Below the pieces are notes generated by a model that saw only the letters and a list, made by a program, of their open reading frames with translations, was not told where the DNA came from and searched no databases. Shown here in pieces: positions 29,847 through 39,591 of a DNA stretch of 64,000 nt. The position numbers and the translations under genes were made by a program. Numbering within the stretch: position 1 is the stretch's first letter; each line of letters opens with the position of its first letter. The stretch comes from Candidatus Bathyarchaeota archaeon (GTDB taxonomy: Archaea > Thermoproteota > Bathyarchaeia > Bathyarchaeales > Bathycorpusculaceae). Location of the stretch: assembly GCA_963733095.1 (NCBI GenBank), contig CAVTBV010000001.1, positions 128,001 through 192,000 of the forward strand, given 5' to 3'.

Positions 29847-31007
29847 TTGGTAACGGAAATATACCTGAAGTCCACCTATTCTAACAAACTGAGGCTGAAC
29901 GTGTTGATTCCCATTAACCTGCCAAAAATCGGAGAAGAAGAAGTGCAAGCAGTCTTAGATGTCATGCGAAAAGGACCATTAACTAACGCATTGGGCGCTG
30001 GACCAAAAGTGTTAGAGTTTGAGAGGGATTTTGCCAAAATGGCTGACGCCAAACACGCTGTTGCAGTTAATTCTGGCACTGCCGCCCTACATTCAGCCGT
30101 TATGGCTGTTGGTGCAAAGCATGGAGACGAAGTTATTCTGCCCAGCTTTACTTTCGTAGCCACCGCCGAAGCCGTCGTTTTGGCAGGCGCAAAACCAGTC
30201 TTCGCGGACATCGACCCAAAAACTTACAACCTATCCCCAGAAGCAGCAGAAAAAGTCATTACCAAAAAAACCAAGGCTATACTGCCCGTGGACTTGTACG
30301 GTTTTTCAGCCGACATGAAACCTCTAAAAGAGATAGCGGCAAATCATGGCTTAGCGTTGGTTGAGGATGCCGCTCAAGCACATGGAACAACATATGAAGG
30401 AAAGCCCGCGGGAGCCTTTGCTGATGCTGCATGTTGGAGTCTCTACGCAAGCAAAAACATGACCACAGGCGAAGGTGGAGTCGTAACGGCAAACAGCGAC
30501 CAAATCGCCGAAACCCTTCGCATGATAAGGACTCATGGCGAAAAAGCCAAGTACGCATCACTTATGCTGGGAACAAACTACCGCATGTCCGAAATACAAG
30601 CTGCAATAGGCAACGTGCAAATGAAAAAGTTGCCCTCATTTGTAGCTAAACGCCGCCAAAATGCTCAGCAGCTAACAAAGATTCTTGAGAAAAACAGTAG
30701 GCTCATTTTGCCCTACGAATCAAAAGATATGCTGCATAGTTGGTATCTCTATACTGCTAGGCTAAAAGATGGCGCTGAAACCGAACGCAATGGGCTTTTG
30801 CAAGAACTCAAAAATAAGGGAATTGGCGCTGAAGCATATTATGTTAACCCGGTGCATCTGATGCCGTTCTACCGGGAAAACTTTGGAAGCGCCCAACTTC
30901 CCGAAACGGAAAAGGCCTCAAAGCAGGTGTTCTCGTTGCCGATTCATCCCGGAGTCACCGAAGAGCAGGTTCGTTTTATCGGAGAGACTGTTTTGAGTCT
31001 GCTATAG
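29847..31007 (+). CDS. DegT/DnrJ/EryC1/StrS sugar aminotransferase
   Basis: NSGTAALH, TFVATA, EDAAQAHG, SKNMTTGEGG (PLP Lys); true start may be near 29901. Confidence 0.93.
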   Translation: MVTEIYLKSTYSNKLRLNVLIPINLPKIGEEEVQAVLDVMRKGPLTNALGAGPKVLEFERDFAKMADAKHAVAVNSGTAALHSAVMAVGAKHGDEVILPSFTFVATAEAVVLAGAKPVFADIDPKTYNLSPEAAEKVITKKTKAILPVDLYGFSADMKPLKEIAANHGLALVEDAAQAHGTTYEGKPAGAFADAACWSLYASKNMTTGEGGVVTANSDQIAETLRMIRTHGEKAKYASLMLGTNYRMSEIQAAIGNVQMKKLPSFVAKRRQNAQQLTKILEKNSRLILPYESKDMLHSWYLYTARLKDGAETERNGLLQELKNKGIGAEAYYVNPVHLMPFYRENFGSAQLPETEKASKQVFSLPIHPGVTEEQVRFIGETVLSLL

Positions 31008-31100
31008 ACTATTTTGCAAAATGTGATGGAGTGTAAGAGTTAAATTGCACTTCACGTACTATACCTTCTGATTCGCACTAGATGGTTTTCTTTAAGGGGT

Positions 31101-31496
31101 ATGAATACTTTGAGTAATGAAGAAGGCGTTTCCCGCATAAAAGTAAAGTTTCTCATCGAAGGCTTAGGGGAAGCTGAAGGTGAACTCGTCAGGTTCCTTG
31201 CACCAAGAACAATAGATTACATCGTCCGCAAACTTCCCCTCGAAGGCAGAGCGGCGCTCTGGAAAGAAGAAGTCTATTTTGAAATTCCCCTCAAGATGGG
31301 CGAGGAAAAAGCCAAGTCAACAGTTGAGGAAGGCACTATTGCTTTCTGGCCCATGGGTAGCGCCCTATGCGTCTTCTACGGCAAATCCCAACCCTACAGT
31401 CCAGTGAGCATACTGGGAAAGATTACAAGTAACCTTGAACTTTTCAAGCAAGTAAAAAGCGGCTTGACAATAAAAATCCAGTTAGTAACGGCTTAA
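31101..31496 (+). CDS. Cyclophilin-like fold protein
   Basis: APRT...LPLEG...W.EEVYF...GTIAFWPMGSALCVFYG. Confidence 0.85.
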   Translation: MNTLSNEEGVSRIKVKFLIEGLGEAEGELVRFLAPRTIDYIVRKLPLEGRAALWKEEVYFEIPLKMGEEKAKSTVEEGTIAFWPMGSALCVFYGKSQPYSPVSILGKITSNLELFKQVKSGLTIKIQLVTA

Positions 31497-31497
31497 C

Positions 31498-31977
31498 CTA
31501 AAAAGCAAGTGAGCTATCTCTCCATAACTCAAGCAGCCGCACACATTCTTCTTTGATATCTTTATCCTCTGTTTTCTCTTTGAGGGTTTTTAAGAATTCG
31601 ATACGTTTTTCCACAGTCCGTTTTTCTGCGTTGCCGCCATAGTAGAGTTCCCCTTCTATGTACTCTTTCATTTGGTAGGCTTTTTGGATAAGCAGGCTGG
31701 CGGCATCCACGGGGTTTTCTACGGCGAACTTGTTTGCCCAGATGGCGACTTCGGTTTCTCGGAGCTGGGTTATGCCGTCGATTTCCATAATTTTGCGTAT
31801 GTAAGATTGCAGAAAGTCGTAGTATCCTGCGGTTTTGATTAGTTCAAGGCTCTGGTTGACCTGCTTTCTAAACTCTGGTGTACCCTCAACTATCACGTTG
31901 TGTTTGTGTCCTTGGTCAACTAGCATTTTTGCGGTTTTTACTTCTTCAGCTGTATAAACTCTCTCTGGAAAACTCAT
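31498..31977 (-). CDS. Hypothetical protein
   Basis: 159-aa ORF with normal composition, GGAG RBS, co-oriented downstream of rps25e. Confidence 0.7.
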   Translation of the reverse strand: MSFPERVYTAEEVKTAKMLVDQGHKHNVIVEGTPEFRKQVNQSLELIKTAGYYDFLQSYIRKIMEIDGITQLRETEVAIWANKFAVENPVDAASLLIQKAYQMKEYIEGELYYGGNAEKRTVEKRIEFLKTLKEKTEDKDIKEECVRLLELWRDSSLAF

Positions 31978-32031
31978 GAAAACAAACTCCTAATGTGAAT
32001 AAAATTATTTAAAATAAATGTAGTGTTGCAG

Positions 32032-32361
32032 TTATGCTGCAGGCTTGTAGATTTTGATGTTGTGGCTGCCAGAAACGAGTTGCACTGCACCGTTTGCTTC
32101 AAGTTGCTCAAGGAAATCTTTGGCTGCGCTGATCCGTATTCCATACCGTGTCGCAACTGCGTAAGGTGTTAAGACACCCATCTTTTTTATTTCACTCACG
32201 TTCTTTGCGTCTTTTGCATCTGGAACCATTATGCCCACAGTTGTTTTTCTTTGTGGCGGTCCAGCTTTCTCTTTTTTCTTTGCTTCTTTGGCTTTATCGT
32301 CGTCTGCCTTAACCTGTGACTTTTCCATCTGTTTTATGCCGAGCTTCTTTTTTCCACCCAT
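32032..32361 (-). CDS. rps25e: 30S ribosomal protein S25e
   Basis: MGGKKK, lysine-rich N-terminus, LTPYAVA...IRISAAK..L.QLE winged helix. Confidence 0.9.
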   Translation of the reverse strand: MGGKKKLGIKQMEKSQVKADDDKAKEAKKKEKAGPPQRKTTVGIMVPDAKDAKNVSEIKKMGVLTPYAVATRYGIRISAAKDFLEQLEANGAVQLVSGSHNIKIYKPAA

Positions 32362-32398
32362 TATTTTTTCACTTGCCGAAACTTTTTGTTCTCAACAT

Positions 32399-33889
32399 CT
32401 AGATTGGCTGGCTTATTTCAACCTTATGTTTCTCTTTCCATTCTTTGATTGGAACGCCAAGTTTCTTTTCGACTTCAGTGCGGTGGATGGAGTTCATGGT
32501 GCAGAAGGGAATGATTCGTCCATCTGGAACAGCATAGTGGATACCGCAGCGTTGAACTCGTTCCAAGTCAAAGTTGTAGGGGTCCATGAAGTGCATGGAT
32601 GAAATCATCAATGCATTTCGGGCGAAATCTCCAAGAGAACTGTAGTCGCCTGTTGTTAGAACTTTGAATACATATTTTCGTAGGAAAGAGAATTTTATGT
32701 GTCTTGCAGAGCCGGCGAGACGTATTTTGGCTTTGCTCTTGTCACCTTTTAAGGCGTCAGCGTAAACACCCTTTAGTGAACCCACGAATTTTTCAATGTT
32801 GCCGTAGCGGGTTATAGGAGTCATTTTGCCATTCTCGATGAACACAAAAGTTGCCATGCCGCAGTGCGGGTGTGTTGTAAACTCGACGTACCGCTTGCCT
32901 TTGAGTTCGCCGACGGCTTTAGAGACGGGCACGACTATTGGGACTGGATAGAAGTCTGAAGCTTTGATGTCTCCGCTTGTTTGCTCTTCAACTAGTCGCA
33001 TGAAATCTGGAATAGTGATGCGCATTTTTTCTCTTTCTTGCTGTGGAAGTCTGCCGCATAGCGATACGGGCTGCACGTTGACGCATCGTATAATGTCGAA
33101 GTTTTTGGCTGCAAACTTTATGATGTCCCCGAGTTGTTGGTCGTTGACTCCTTTCACCAATGTAACTACCAAGACGATGCTGGTGTAACCTGCTTGGCGA
33201 AGGTTCTCGATAGCCTTCATTTTTGTTTCGAGTAGGTCTAAGCCGCGGATAAACTTGTAAACTTCAGGTGTTAAACCGTCGAACTGCAGATAAATTGTGC
33301 TTACGCCGGCTGCCTTTATTTTTTTGGCGTATTCAGGGTCAGCTGCAATGCGCACGCCGTTTGTGTTGACTTCCACATGTTTGAAGCCGATTTCTTTTGC
33401 TTTTCGAACGAAATCAAAAAGCTCTTCGCGTATAGTTGGTTCTCCACCGGAAAACTGCAACGCTGTTGCAGGGACAGGCTTGTTGCTATGAAGGTTCTCC
33501 AGCATACCTGTAACCTGCTCTGCCGTTGGCTCATACACATATCCTGCTGCGGATGCGTTAGCGAAGCAGACCGGACACTTCAGGTTACAACGGTTTGTAA
33601 TGTCGATGATTGCAAGGGAAGTGTGGGATTTGTGTTCGGGGCAGATTCCGCAGTCGTAGGGGCAACCATGCTTTTTCTCGGTGCGTGGGTTCTCCATTCC
33701 TGTTCCGTCAAAACGGAATTTTTCTGCACGCATGTATTGGTCGTAGTCTGACCAGTAAAGTTCTTGGAAAGCTCCGTGTTCAGGGCAATCTTTTTTTATG
33801 AAGACTTGGCCGTTGTCTTCGTAGATGGTTGCATCTATTGCCTTTAGGCATTCGGGACATATACTCCTTGTAGGTTTGATATCTTTCAT
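32399..33889 (-). CDS. tes: Tetraether lipid synthase (GDGT-MAS, radical SAM)
   Basis: N-terminal rubredoxin-like CPEC...CPEH, CPYDCGICPEH, CNLKCPVC radical-SAM motif, HPHCG, MHFMDPYNFD..RVQRC.IHY..PDGRIIPFC. Confidence 0.9.
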   Translation of the reverse strand: MKDIKPTRSICPECLKAIDATIYEDNGQVFIKKDCPEHGAFQELYWSDYDQYMRAEKFRFDGTGMENPRTEKKHGCPYDCGICPEHKSHTSLAIIDITNRCNLKCPVCFANASAAGYVYEPTAEQVTGMLENLHSNKPVPATALQFSGGEPTIREELFDFVRKAKEIGFKHVEVNTNGVRIAADPEYAKKIKAAGVSTIYLQFDGLTPEVYKFIRGLDLLETKMKAIENLRQAGYTSIVLVVTLVKGVNDQQLGDIIKFAAKNFDIIRCVNVQPVSLCGRLPQQEREKMRITIPDFMRLVEEQTSGDIKASDFYPVPIVVPVSKAVGELKGKRYVEFTTHPHCGMATFVFIENGKMTPITRYGNIEKFVGSLKGVYADALKGDKSKAKIRLAGSARHIKFSFLRKYVFKVLTTGDYSSLGDFARNALMISSMHFMDPYNFDLERVQRCGIHYAVPDGRIIPFCTMNSIHRTEVEKKLGVPIKEWKEKHKVEISQPI

Positions 33890-33992
33890 TACATTTGCCT
33901 TCTTGCATGTAAGCGTTAATTTCGAATTGCTTAAGAGCAAAGTTATGATAATAAGGTTTCCAAACGTTTCCTAAGGTGATTGAGGGGAAAAG

Positions 33993-34745
33993 ATGGCTAT
34001 TAACGAGGATACAAGGACTGCCTTGCGCGAAATGGGCTTAAACGCCTACGAAATCGACGCTTTCATAGTGCTACTGGAAGGCGGGCAAATGACAGCTATG
34101 GAGATAAGCCAACAAGCTCCCGTGCCCTACAGCAAAATGTATGAGGTCCTAAACTCGCTTAAAGAAAAGGGCTGGATAAAAAGTAGCGAAACCCGACCCT
34201 TCAAATACTACCCCGTGCCGCCCCTTGAGGCAACCCGATTCAACAAACTAAGATTAGAAGACAAGTATCTCAACTGGGAAAACACCATAGCCGAAAACCT
34301 CCAACCCCTCTACGAAAAACGCGAACTCATCGAACGCCCCGACATGCTGATTCTGCGGGGACAACAAGCCGTCTTAGCAAAGCTTGGAGAAGTCCTCAAA
34401 AAGGCATCCCTAGAAATCATGATTGCCGCGCCAGAATTCGCCAAACCCGTAATTACGTTGGCGGAACCTTTATTGAGCAGCGGCTTAAAGAAAACTGTCA
34501 ATGTTAAGTTGATGGCAGCTGGAAGAAAGGACGATTGGTTTTTCCTCAAGAAATTTCCAGGATTAAGCGAACTGAGAATCCGCGACCACATGTTTGGCGG
34601 CGGCGTAATTGCTGACGGCAAAGAAGCAATGCTGTTTCTGGGCGAAGATAAACCGACTCTTGTCATCTGGAGTAACCATGTCGGTTTAGTGGGGTTTGCA
34701 CGGGAATACTTCCAGTTCCTATGGGACTCCTCAGCAACCGCATAG
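33993..34745 (+). CDS. TrmB-family transcription regulator
   Basis: LREMGLNAYE, VPYSKMYEVLNSLKEKGWI, RPFKY; C-terminal PLD-like effector domain (IADGKEA). Confidence 0.9.
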   Translation: MAINEDTRTALREMGLNAYEIDAFIVLLEGGQMTAMEISQQAPVPYSKMYEVLNSLKEKGWIKSSETRPFKYYPVPPLEATRFNKLRLEDKYLNWENTIAENLQPLYEKRELIERPDMLILRGQQAVLAKLGEVLKKASLEIMIAAPEFAKPVITLAEPLLSSGLKKTVNVKLMAAGRKDDWFFLKKFPGLSELRIRDHMFGGGVIADGKEAMLFLGEDKPTLVIWSNHVGLVGFAREYFQFLWDSSATA

Positions 34746-34963
34746 TCTGTCTATTAGTCTCAGAGCGAGATAACCTGTTTTTTTGCCAATGGAGTACAAT
34801 CAGCGAAGCGACAAATACCAGGAGCCAATAAAAAGCCAGAAAAGTCTAAAAGGCTAAATTCCATTTCCAATAGAAAAACAAAGCCTACAAAAACCTTGAA
34901 CTCGGAATTCATTAAAAAAACAAAAAAGAAGAAAGGGAGAAATGTGTTAAGTTATGAACTTAC

Positions 34964-35185
34964 TTATTTTCCCATGATTTTTCTAGCGGCGATTTCTATG
35001 TCTTCCGCTTTGATGGTTTTTCTTCCAGCATGCATCGCAAAATCGAGTGCTTCTTTGGCGATTTTTACGCCGATTTCTTCAAGTGCCTTTGCGAGTTCTT
35101 TTGCTGCTGCTTCGCTTACTCTGTCAGCGCCTGCTTTTTTGCATAATCTGTGCATGGGAGCTACGGCTATTTCTAATTCAGTCAT
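34964..35185 (-). CDS. Archaeal histone (HMf family)
   Basis: [22 protein letters not shown]...[12 protein letters not shown] histone fold. Confidence 0.95.
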   Translation of the reverse strand: MTELEIAVAPMHRLCKKAGADRVSEAAAKELAKALEEIGVKIAKEALDFAMHAGRKTIKAEDIEIAARKIMGK

Positions 35186-35334
35186 ATCGACATCTCTATA
35201 GCCTCTTTTTCTCTTTAAGCCAATATTTAACCTTTGTTATCGCTTTTTTCCCTAAATAACCCGCAACCACAAAGCACTATTTAAGGAAAGAAAAATTATA
35301 AAACCTTCAAGCCTGACTATAGCGCTGAGAAACA

Positions 35335-36108
35335 ATGAAACTAATAGACGCACACGTTCACCTCTCTGACACAGAATACAGCGGCCACATCGACGAATTA
35401 ATAGCGGATGCAAAAAATGCCGGCGTAACCGCGTTAGTAACCAATTCAATGGACCTAAAAACATGCCAAAACGACATTAAACTATCCACGCAATACCCAA
35501 ACCTTGTGTACCCCGCCCTCGGAATTCACCCATGGAACGTAAATGTCCTTAAAGAAAATGAACTCCAAGAAACCATAGACTTCATCCAAAAGCACAGAGA
35601 CGTCGTTAAAGCAATCGGCGAAATCGGCTTAGACTACAAGTACGAAACCATCTGGGAACAACAAACAATGGTTTTCGACAAGATGCTTCACCTCGCAGAA
35701 ACGCTAGATTTGCCCGTTATCATTCACTCACGTGGAACCACCGACAAAATCGTCGAAATGCTCCCATCCTACAACCTCAAACGAGTGTTGCTACACTGGT
35801 TTAGCCACCCCATGAGCGCCCTAGCCAAGGCATTAGACAATGGCTACTTCATAACCGAAGGACCACCCGCAACCTACTCAAACGGCATCCGCGAAGTCGT
35901 AGAAAAAACCCCAATAACCAACCTGTTAACAGAAACAGACGGCCCAGTCACCTACTGGAAACAACCCTTCAACGGACAATTAACTAAACCCTCCTACATA
36001 CGCAACGTTGTTGTTGCAGTGGCAGAAATTAAAAAGATGCAGACAGAAGAGGTTGCTGAACAGATAATCAATAATTTTGAGGCATTCTTCAACATAAGAC
36101 TAAACTAA
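35335..36108 (+). CDS. tatD: TatD-family nuclease
   Basis: DAHVH, GIHP, IGEIGLD, IIHSR, LHWF, TETDGP. Confidence 0.93.
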   Translation: MKLIDAHVHLSDTEYSGHIDELIADAKNAGVTALVTNSMDLKTCQNDIKLSTQYPNLVYPALGIHPWNVNVLKENELQETIDFIQKHRDVVKAIGEIGLDYKYETIWEQQTMVFDKMLHLAETLDLPVIIHSRGTTDKIVEMLPSYNLKRVLLHWFSHPMSALAKALDNGYFITEGPPATYSNGIREVVEKTPITNLLTETDGPVTYWKQPFNGQLTKPSYIRNVVVAVAEIKKMQTEEVAEQIINNFEAFFNIRLN

Positions 36109-36270
36109 AAAGTTCACCTTTTTCTCCACCTTTCACCTCAGAGCTTATCGGTAACTTAATTCTCAGCTTTAAGGCGTAAACTTAAATTAAGCCTATCATC
36201 TATTGACAGTTGCTTCTACGCTTTTGAACGTAGGAGAAAAAAGTAACTAAGAATATCGGAGGAATACTAC

Positions 36271-36507
36271 CTGGGAAAAGTAAAGACTGATCAGATCAAA
36301 AAGCTGGGCAAAGAACTAATGGCTCGCTTTCCAAGTAAATTCAACACTAGCTTTGATGAGAACAAACTTGCAGTTGACGAGCTAACCAAAGGCGCTACAA
36401 CACGAGTTAGGAACCAGACTGCAGGCTACATAACTAGGACGCTCGCATTAGCTCAAGCTAACTCAGAAGATGAATCTGACCTCGAAGAACAAGAAGAAAT
36501 GGCATAA
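36271..36507 (+). CDS. rps17e: 30S ribosomal protein S17e (CTG start)
   Basis: From CTG 36271: (M)GKVKTDQIKKLGKELMARFPSKFNTSFDENK...VRNQTAGYIT; GGAGGA RBS at 36258-36263. Confidence 0.9.
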   Translation: MGKVKTDQIKKLGKELMARFPSKFNTSFDENKLAVDELTKGATTRVRNQTAGYITRTLALAQANSEDESDLEEQEEMA

Positions 36508-36526
36508 TAATCTGGAAATAACCCTT

Positions 36527-36907
36527 ATGATGGATGAGTACAGGAAAGGTTGGGCACTTAGGTACCTTCGGGAAGCCAAAGCTGAGCTAGAAGCAGCCCG
36601 AAAAATCCCCTATATGGCACCAAGCTTAGTCGTCGAAGCAATCCGAAAAGCCCGAAACGCTATTTATTACAGCCTCGGCGAACCAGCCTTCATCGAAATA
36701 CTCATCCGCGAAGAAGTAACCAAAATCCCCACCACCAACGATTCTGTTTTAAGATTTTTAATCGAAATAGAAACCATTGTGCAGCAGATTTCGCAGCTTG
36801 AAGAAGTCAACGGCGACGCCATGATGAAACAGGCGGATTCAATTGTTGACATCGCAACCGACATCGTCGAAACCCTAACCCAAGAAAAACTCGAAAGTTT
36901 CAGCTAA
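36527..36907 (+). CDS. Hypothetical all-helical protein, HEPN-like N-terminus
   Basis: WALRYLREAKAELEAA resembles the first HEPN helix; no RxxxxH motif seen. Confidence 0.55.
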   Translation: MMDEYRKGWALRYLREAKAELEAARKIPYMAPSLVVEAIRKARNAIYYSLGEPAFIEILIREEVTKIPTTNDSVLRFLIEIETIVQQISQLEEVNGDAMMKQADSIVDIATDIVETLTQEKLESFS

Positions 36908-36953
36908 ATTTTTAACAATTCACTTATCTATTAATGTTACGAGTGGAGAATAA

Positions 36954-37238
36954 TTGTCTTTAACAGTAAAATTCATTGGTGCGCTACGTCACATTTCAGG
37001 AAAAAAACAATTTGCCATCTCATTCCATGACGACATTTCCATAAAACAATTGATCGAAAAAATAATCCAAGACATGCCAGAGTTAAAACACACCTTCAGC
37101 GACCAAGAACTCAACGATTCAAGGTCAAACTCACTCATACTGGTTAACGGCAGGGAAATCAGCGTGTTAGAGGGATATGAAACTAAACTATGCGGCGGGG
37201 ACGAAATTGTTTTTGTTCCAGTTGTGCATGGCGGTTAA
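36954..37238 (+). CDS. MoaD/ThiS/SAMP ubiquitin-like sulfur carrier
   Basis: VKFIGALR, ILVNGREI, GDEIVFVPVVHGG with C-terminal GG. Confidence 0.92.
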   Translation: MSLTVKFIGALRHISGKKQFAISFHDDISIKQLIEKIIQDMPELKHTFSDQELNDSRSNSLILVNGREISVLEGYETKLCGGDEIVFVPVVHGG

Positions 37239-37244
37239 GAATCT

Positions 37245-38018
37245 ATGATTACTTTGACTAGTGATTTTGGGTTAAAAGACCCATATGTTGCTGAAATGAA
37301 GGGTGTCATCTTAACTGTAAACCCGAATGCTACCATAGTTGACATAACTCACGGAGTTGAGAAATTCAATATTCGAATGGGTGTTTTTATGTTAGCTTCG
37401 GCTGCTCCGTACTTTCCCAAAGGCACCGTGCATTTGGCTGTTGTGGACCCGGGTGTTGGAACTGAGAGGCGCGGCATTTTAGTGCAGACTAAGCAGGGCT
37501 TTTTTATTGGGCCAGACAACGGTGTTTTGATGTTAGCTGCCCAAAACCTTGGAATTGAACACGTATATGAGCTAACAAATCCCGCGTTCATGCTACCGAA
37601 GGTTTCCAGCACTTTTCATGGACGGGACGTATTTGCGCCTGCCGCGGCAAACTTGGATATGGGCGTGCATCCTTATGAGTTTGGACACGAAATAAGCGAT
37701 GCAGTCCTTCCCGAGTTCGCATTCGTAAAACAAACAAACGGCACCAAATCCGGGGAAGTATTGCACATAGACAGCTTCGGCAACATAATCACAAACCTAA
37801 ACCAAAAAGAAATGGCCCAATTCAACTTAATCAGCGTAAAACTCCAAAATCTTTCACTAAATCTCACTTTAGGTGAGACTTACACGCAAGCCAAACCAGA
37901 TGAACCCATAGCATTGATAGGTGGTCATGGCTTTTTGGAAATTGCCTTAAATCAAGCGAGTGCAGCCGAAAAATACCGGGTGAAAGCGGGAGACAAAGTT
38001 GAAGTTAAGGCTGCATAA
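37245..38018 (+). CDS. SAM hydroxide adenosyltransferase (DUF62, fluorinase/chlorinase-like)
   Basis: TSDFG, VDITH, VVDPGVG, GPDNG, STFHGRDVFAP, DSFGN. Confidence 0.93.
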   Translation: MITLTSDFGLKDPYVAEMKGVILTVNPNATIVDITHGVEKFNIRMGVFMLASAAPYFPKGTVHLAVVDPGVGTERRGILVQTKQGFFIGPDNGVLMLAAQNLGIEHVYELTNPAFMLPKVSSTFHGRDVFAPAAANLDMGVHPYEFGHEISDAVLPEFAFVKQTNGTKSGEVLHIDSFGNIITNLNQKEMAQFNLISVKLQNLSLNLTLGETYTQAKPDEPIALIGGHGFLEIALNQASAAEKYRVKAGDKVEVKAA

Positions 38019-39009
38019 AGTCGGGTTGGTTAACTTTTATTTTTTCCACGACTTTCTCGATGGCATCAACGGGGTTCTCTAACTCTGCAAGTTTCTCTTT
38101 TATCTCGAATCTTTTGCCCAAATATTTCTTGGCGTAGTCAAGTACTCGTTGCTCAGAAGTGATGAATAATGGAAAACCTTTTTGCGTCAAATACTTGTTG
38201 ACATAGGTCTTTGCCATATCAGAGATTGCTACGCTGGGTATACCTTGCAATGCAGCTTCCCTAGCGATTGTTCCACCATAGCTGATTACTAAGTCAGCGT
38301 TCGCAACTAAATTGGCTGAATCTTCAAAGGAGGCTTTTATTCCAAAACTGTTGCCCTTCTGGTTGTACCGCTCGATTAAATGGACGTTTCCAAATTCGGC
38401 AAGTGCTTCCATCAAGGATTTTGCGTTATCTTGCTTTCCTCCTGCATAAGCCGCTTTGGTCTCAATCTGCCTAACAACAATCAGGGGCTTCTTTAAACCA
38501 GCAATTTTTGACGGCTTAAAACCCTTGATCCATGCGACCTCATCTACTCCTCTAAAGGAAACAACGTTTTTGGCGCAGTAGCTTCTCGTGAAACTCTTCG
38601 GCAAAGCCTCTGAAACGACTACTGTGTGAGCAAAGGGAATTGTTAATCTGTTTGTTGCTAAAGCGTGGGGTGTGTCGGCGGTCAAGATTATGGGAATCCC
38701 TAAGCCGAAGGCTGTGCGGCAGAGCTCTACTGATTGGTGTGCTATTGCGATGTCGGGCAGGTTGTCTTTGAAGAGTTTTGAGAACCGTATTATTCGTTCG
38801 GCGCTCTCTTCAAGCCTTGAGGTAAGCCTGGAGGGGTTGTATTTGCCGACTACGATCGGTTTTTCGCCCAGGATTTTGGCAAGAGGTATTGTGTCCGGGT
38901 GTTCTCGGGTTGTGAAGATAAATTCATGTCCTGCTTTTCTTAGACTTTTCCCAATTGCAGCACCGTATCGGGTGTGTTTGCCTGTGCAGGCGTCGTACCA
39001 GATTTTCAT
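38005..39009 (-). CDS. DUF354 family GT-B-fold protein
   Basis: MKIWYD...KH, DTPHA, GGTIAREAALQGIP. Confidence 0.8.
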   Translation of the reverse strand: MKIWYDACTGKHTRYGAAIGKSLRKAGHEFIFTTREHPDTIPLAKILGEKPIVVGKYNPSRLTSRLEESAERIIRFSKLFKDNLPDIAIAHQSVELCRTAFGLGIPIILTADTPHALATNRLTIPFAHTVVVSEALPKSFTRSYCAKNVVSFRGVDEVAWIKGFKPSKIAGLKKPLIVVRQIETKAAYAGGKQDNAKSLMEALAEFGNVHLIERYNQKGNSFGIKASFEDSANLVANADLVISYGGTIAREAALQGIPSVAISDMAKTYVNKYLTQKGFPLFITSEQRVLDYAKKYLGKRFEIKEKLAELENPVDAIEKVVEKIKVNQPDFMQP

Positions 39010-39518
39010 TGCTGCACCTTTCTTTGTGCCGCTATAAAGGCGTCGCGTTTAGCTTTATATGATTCCAAAGACATTACTTTTTTAGCGGGTGCTCCAGCCA
39101 CAACAATTTCTGGCGGCACATCTTTAGTTACGACGCTTCCTCCGCCAACCACAGCTTTTTCTCCTATCGTAACATTGGGTAGTATGGTGACTCCTCCGCC
39201 AATTGCCGCGCCATCTTTTATGATTGGCGGATTCAAGAAGTTGCTTTTTGGGTACTTGTCGTTTAGGAGGCTGCTGTTTGGAGCGATGAAAACGTTGTCT
39301 CCAAGGACACAGCCGTTGGATATTGTTACGTGTGCTTGGATGTTACAGTTTTTACCTAAAGTTACATTTTTGCCTATGTCACAGAAGCTACCGATAAGGG
39401 AACCGTCGCCGATTTTTGTGCCATCACCAATCACAACGTAGTTCCAGATGGAAACGTCTTTGCCTATTTCCACGTTGGCTCCAGTCACTATGCCCGTGCC
39501 TTTCTTTGGATTCTGCAT
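39006..39518 (-). CDS. Hexapeptide-repeat N-acetyltransferase (WbpD-like)
   Basis: IG hexapeptide repeats, NDKYP, GSVVTKDVP, GAPAK. Confidence 0.9.
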   Translation of the reverse strand: MQNPKKGTGIVTGANVEIGKDVSIWNYVVIGDGTKIGDGSLIGSFCDIGKNVTLGKNCNIQAHVTISNGCVLGDNVFIAPNSSLLNDKYPKSNFLNPPIIKDGAAIGGGVTILPNVTIGEKAVVGGGSVVTKDVPPEIVVAGAPAKKVMSLESYKAKRDAFIAAQRKVQQ

Positions 39519-39591
39519 AGCTTGACCTTTCGGGCTCCAGATTTAAATAGTTTAACACTTTACTTGATTTTCCAACTGTGGAGGCATCCCT

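Noticed and set aside
37245-38018. Fluorinase/chlorinase activity
   Set aside because: Motifs (D, H and the STFHGRD Arg) fit the widespread DUF62 SAM hydrolase rather than a halogenase
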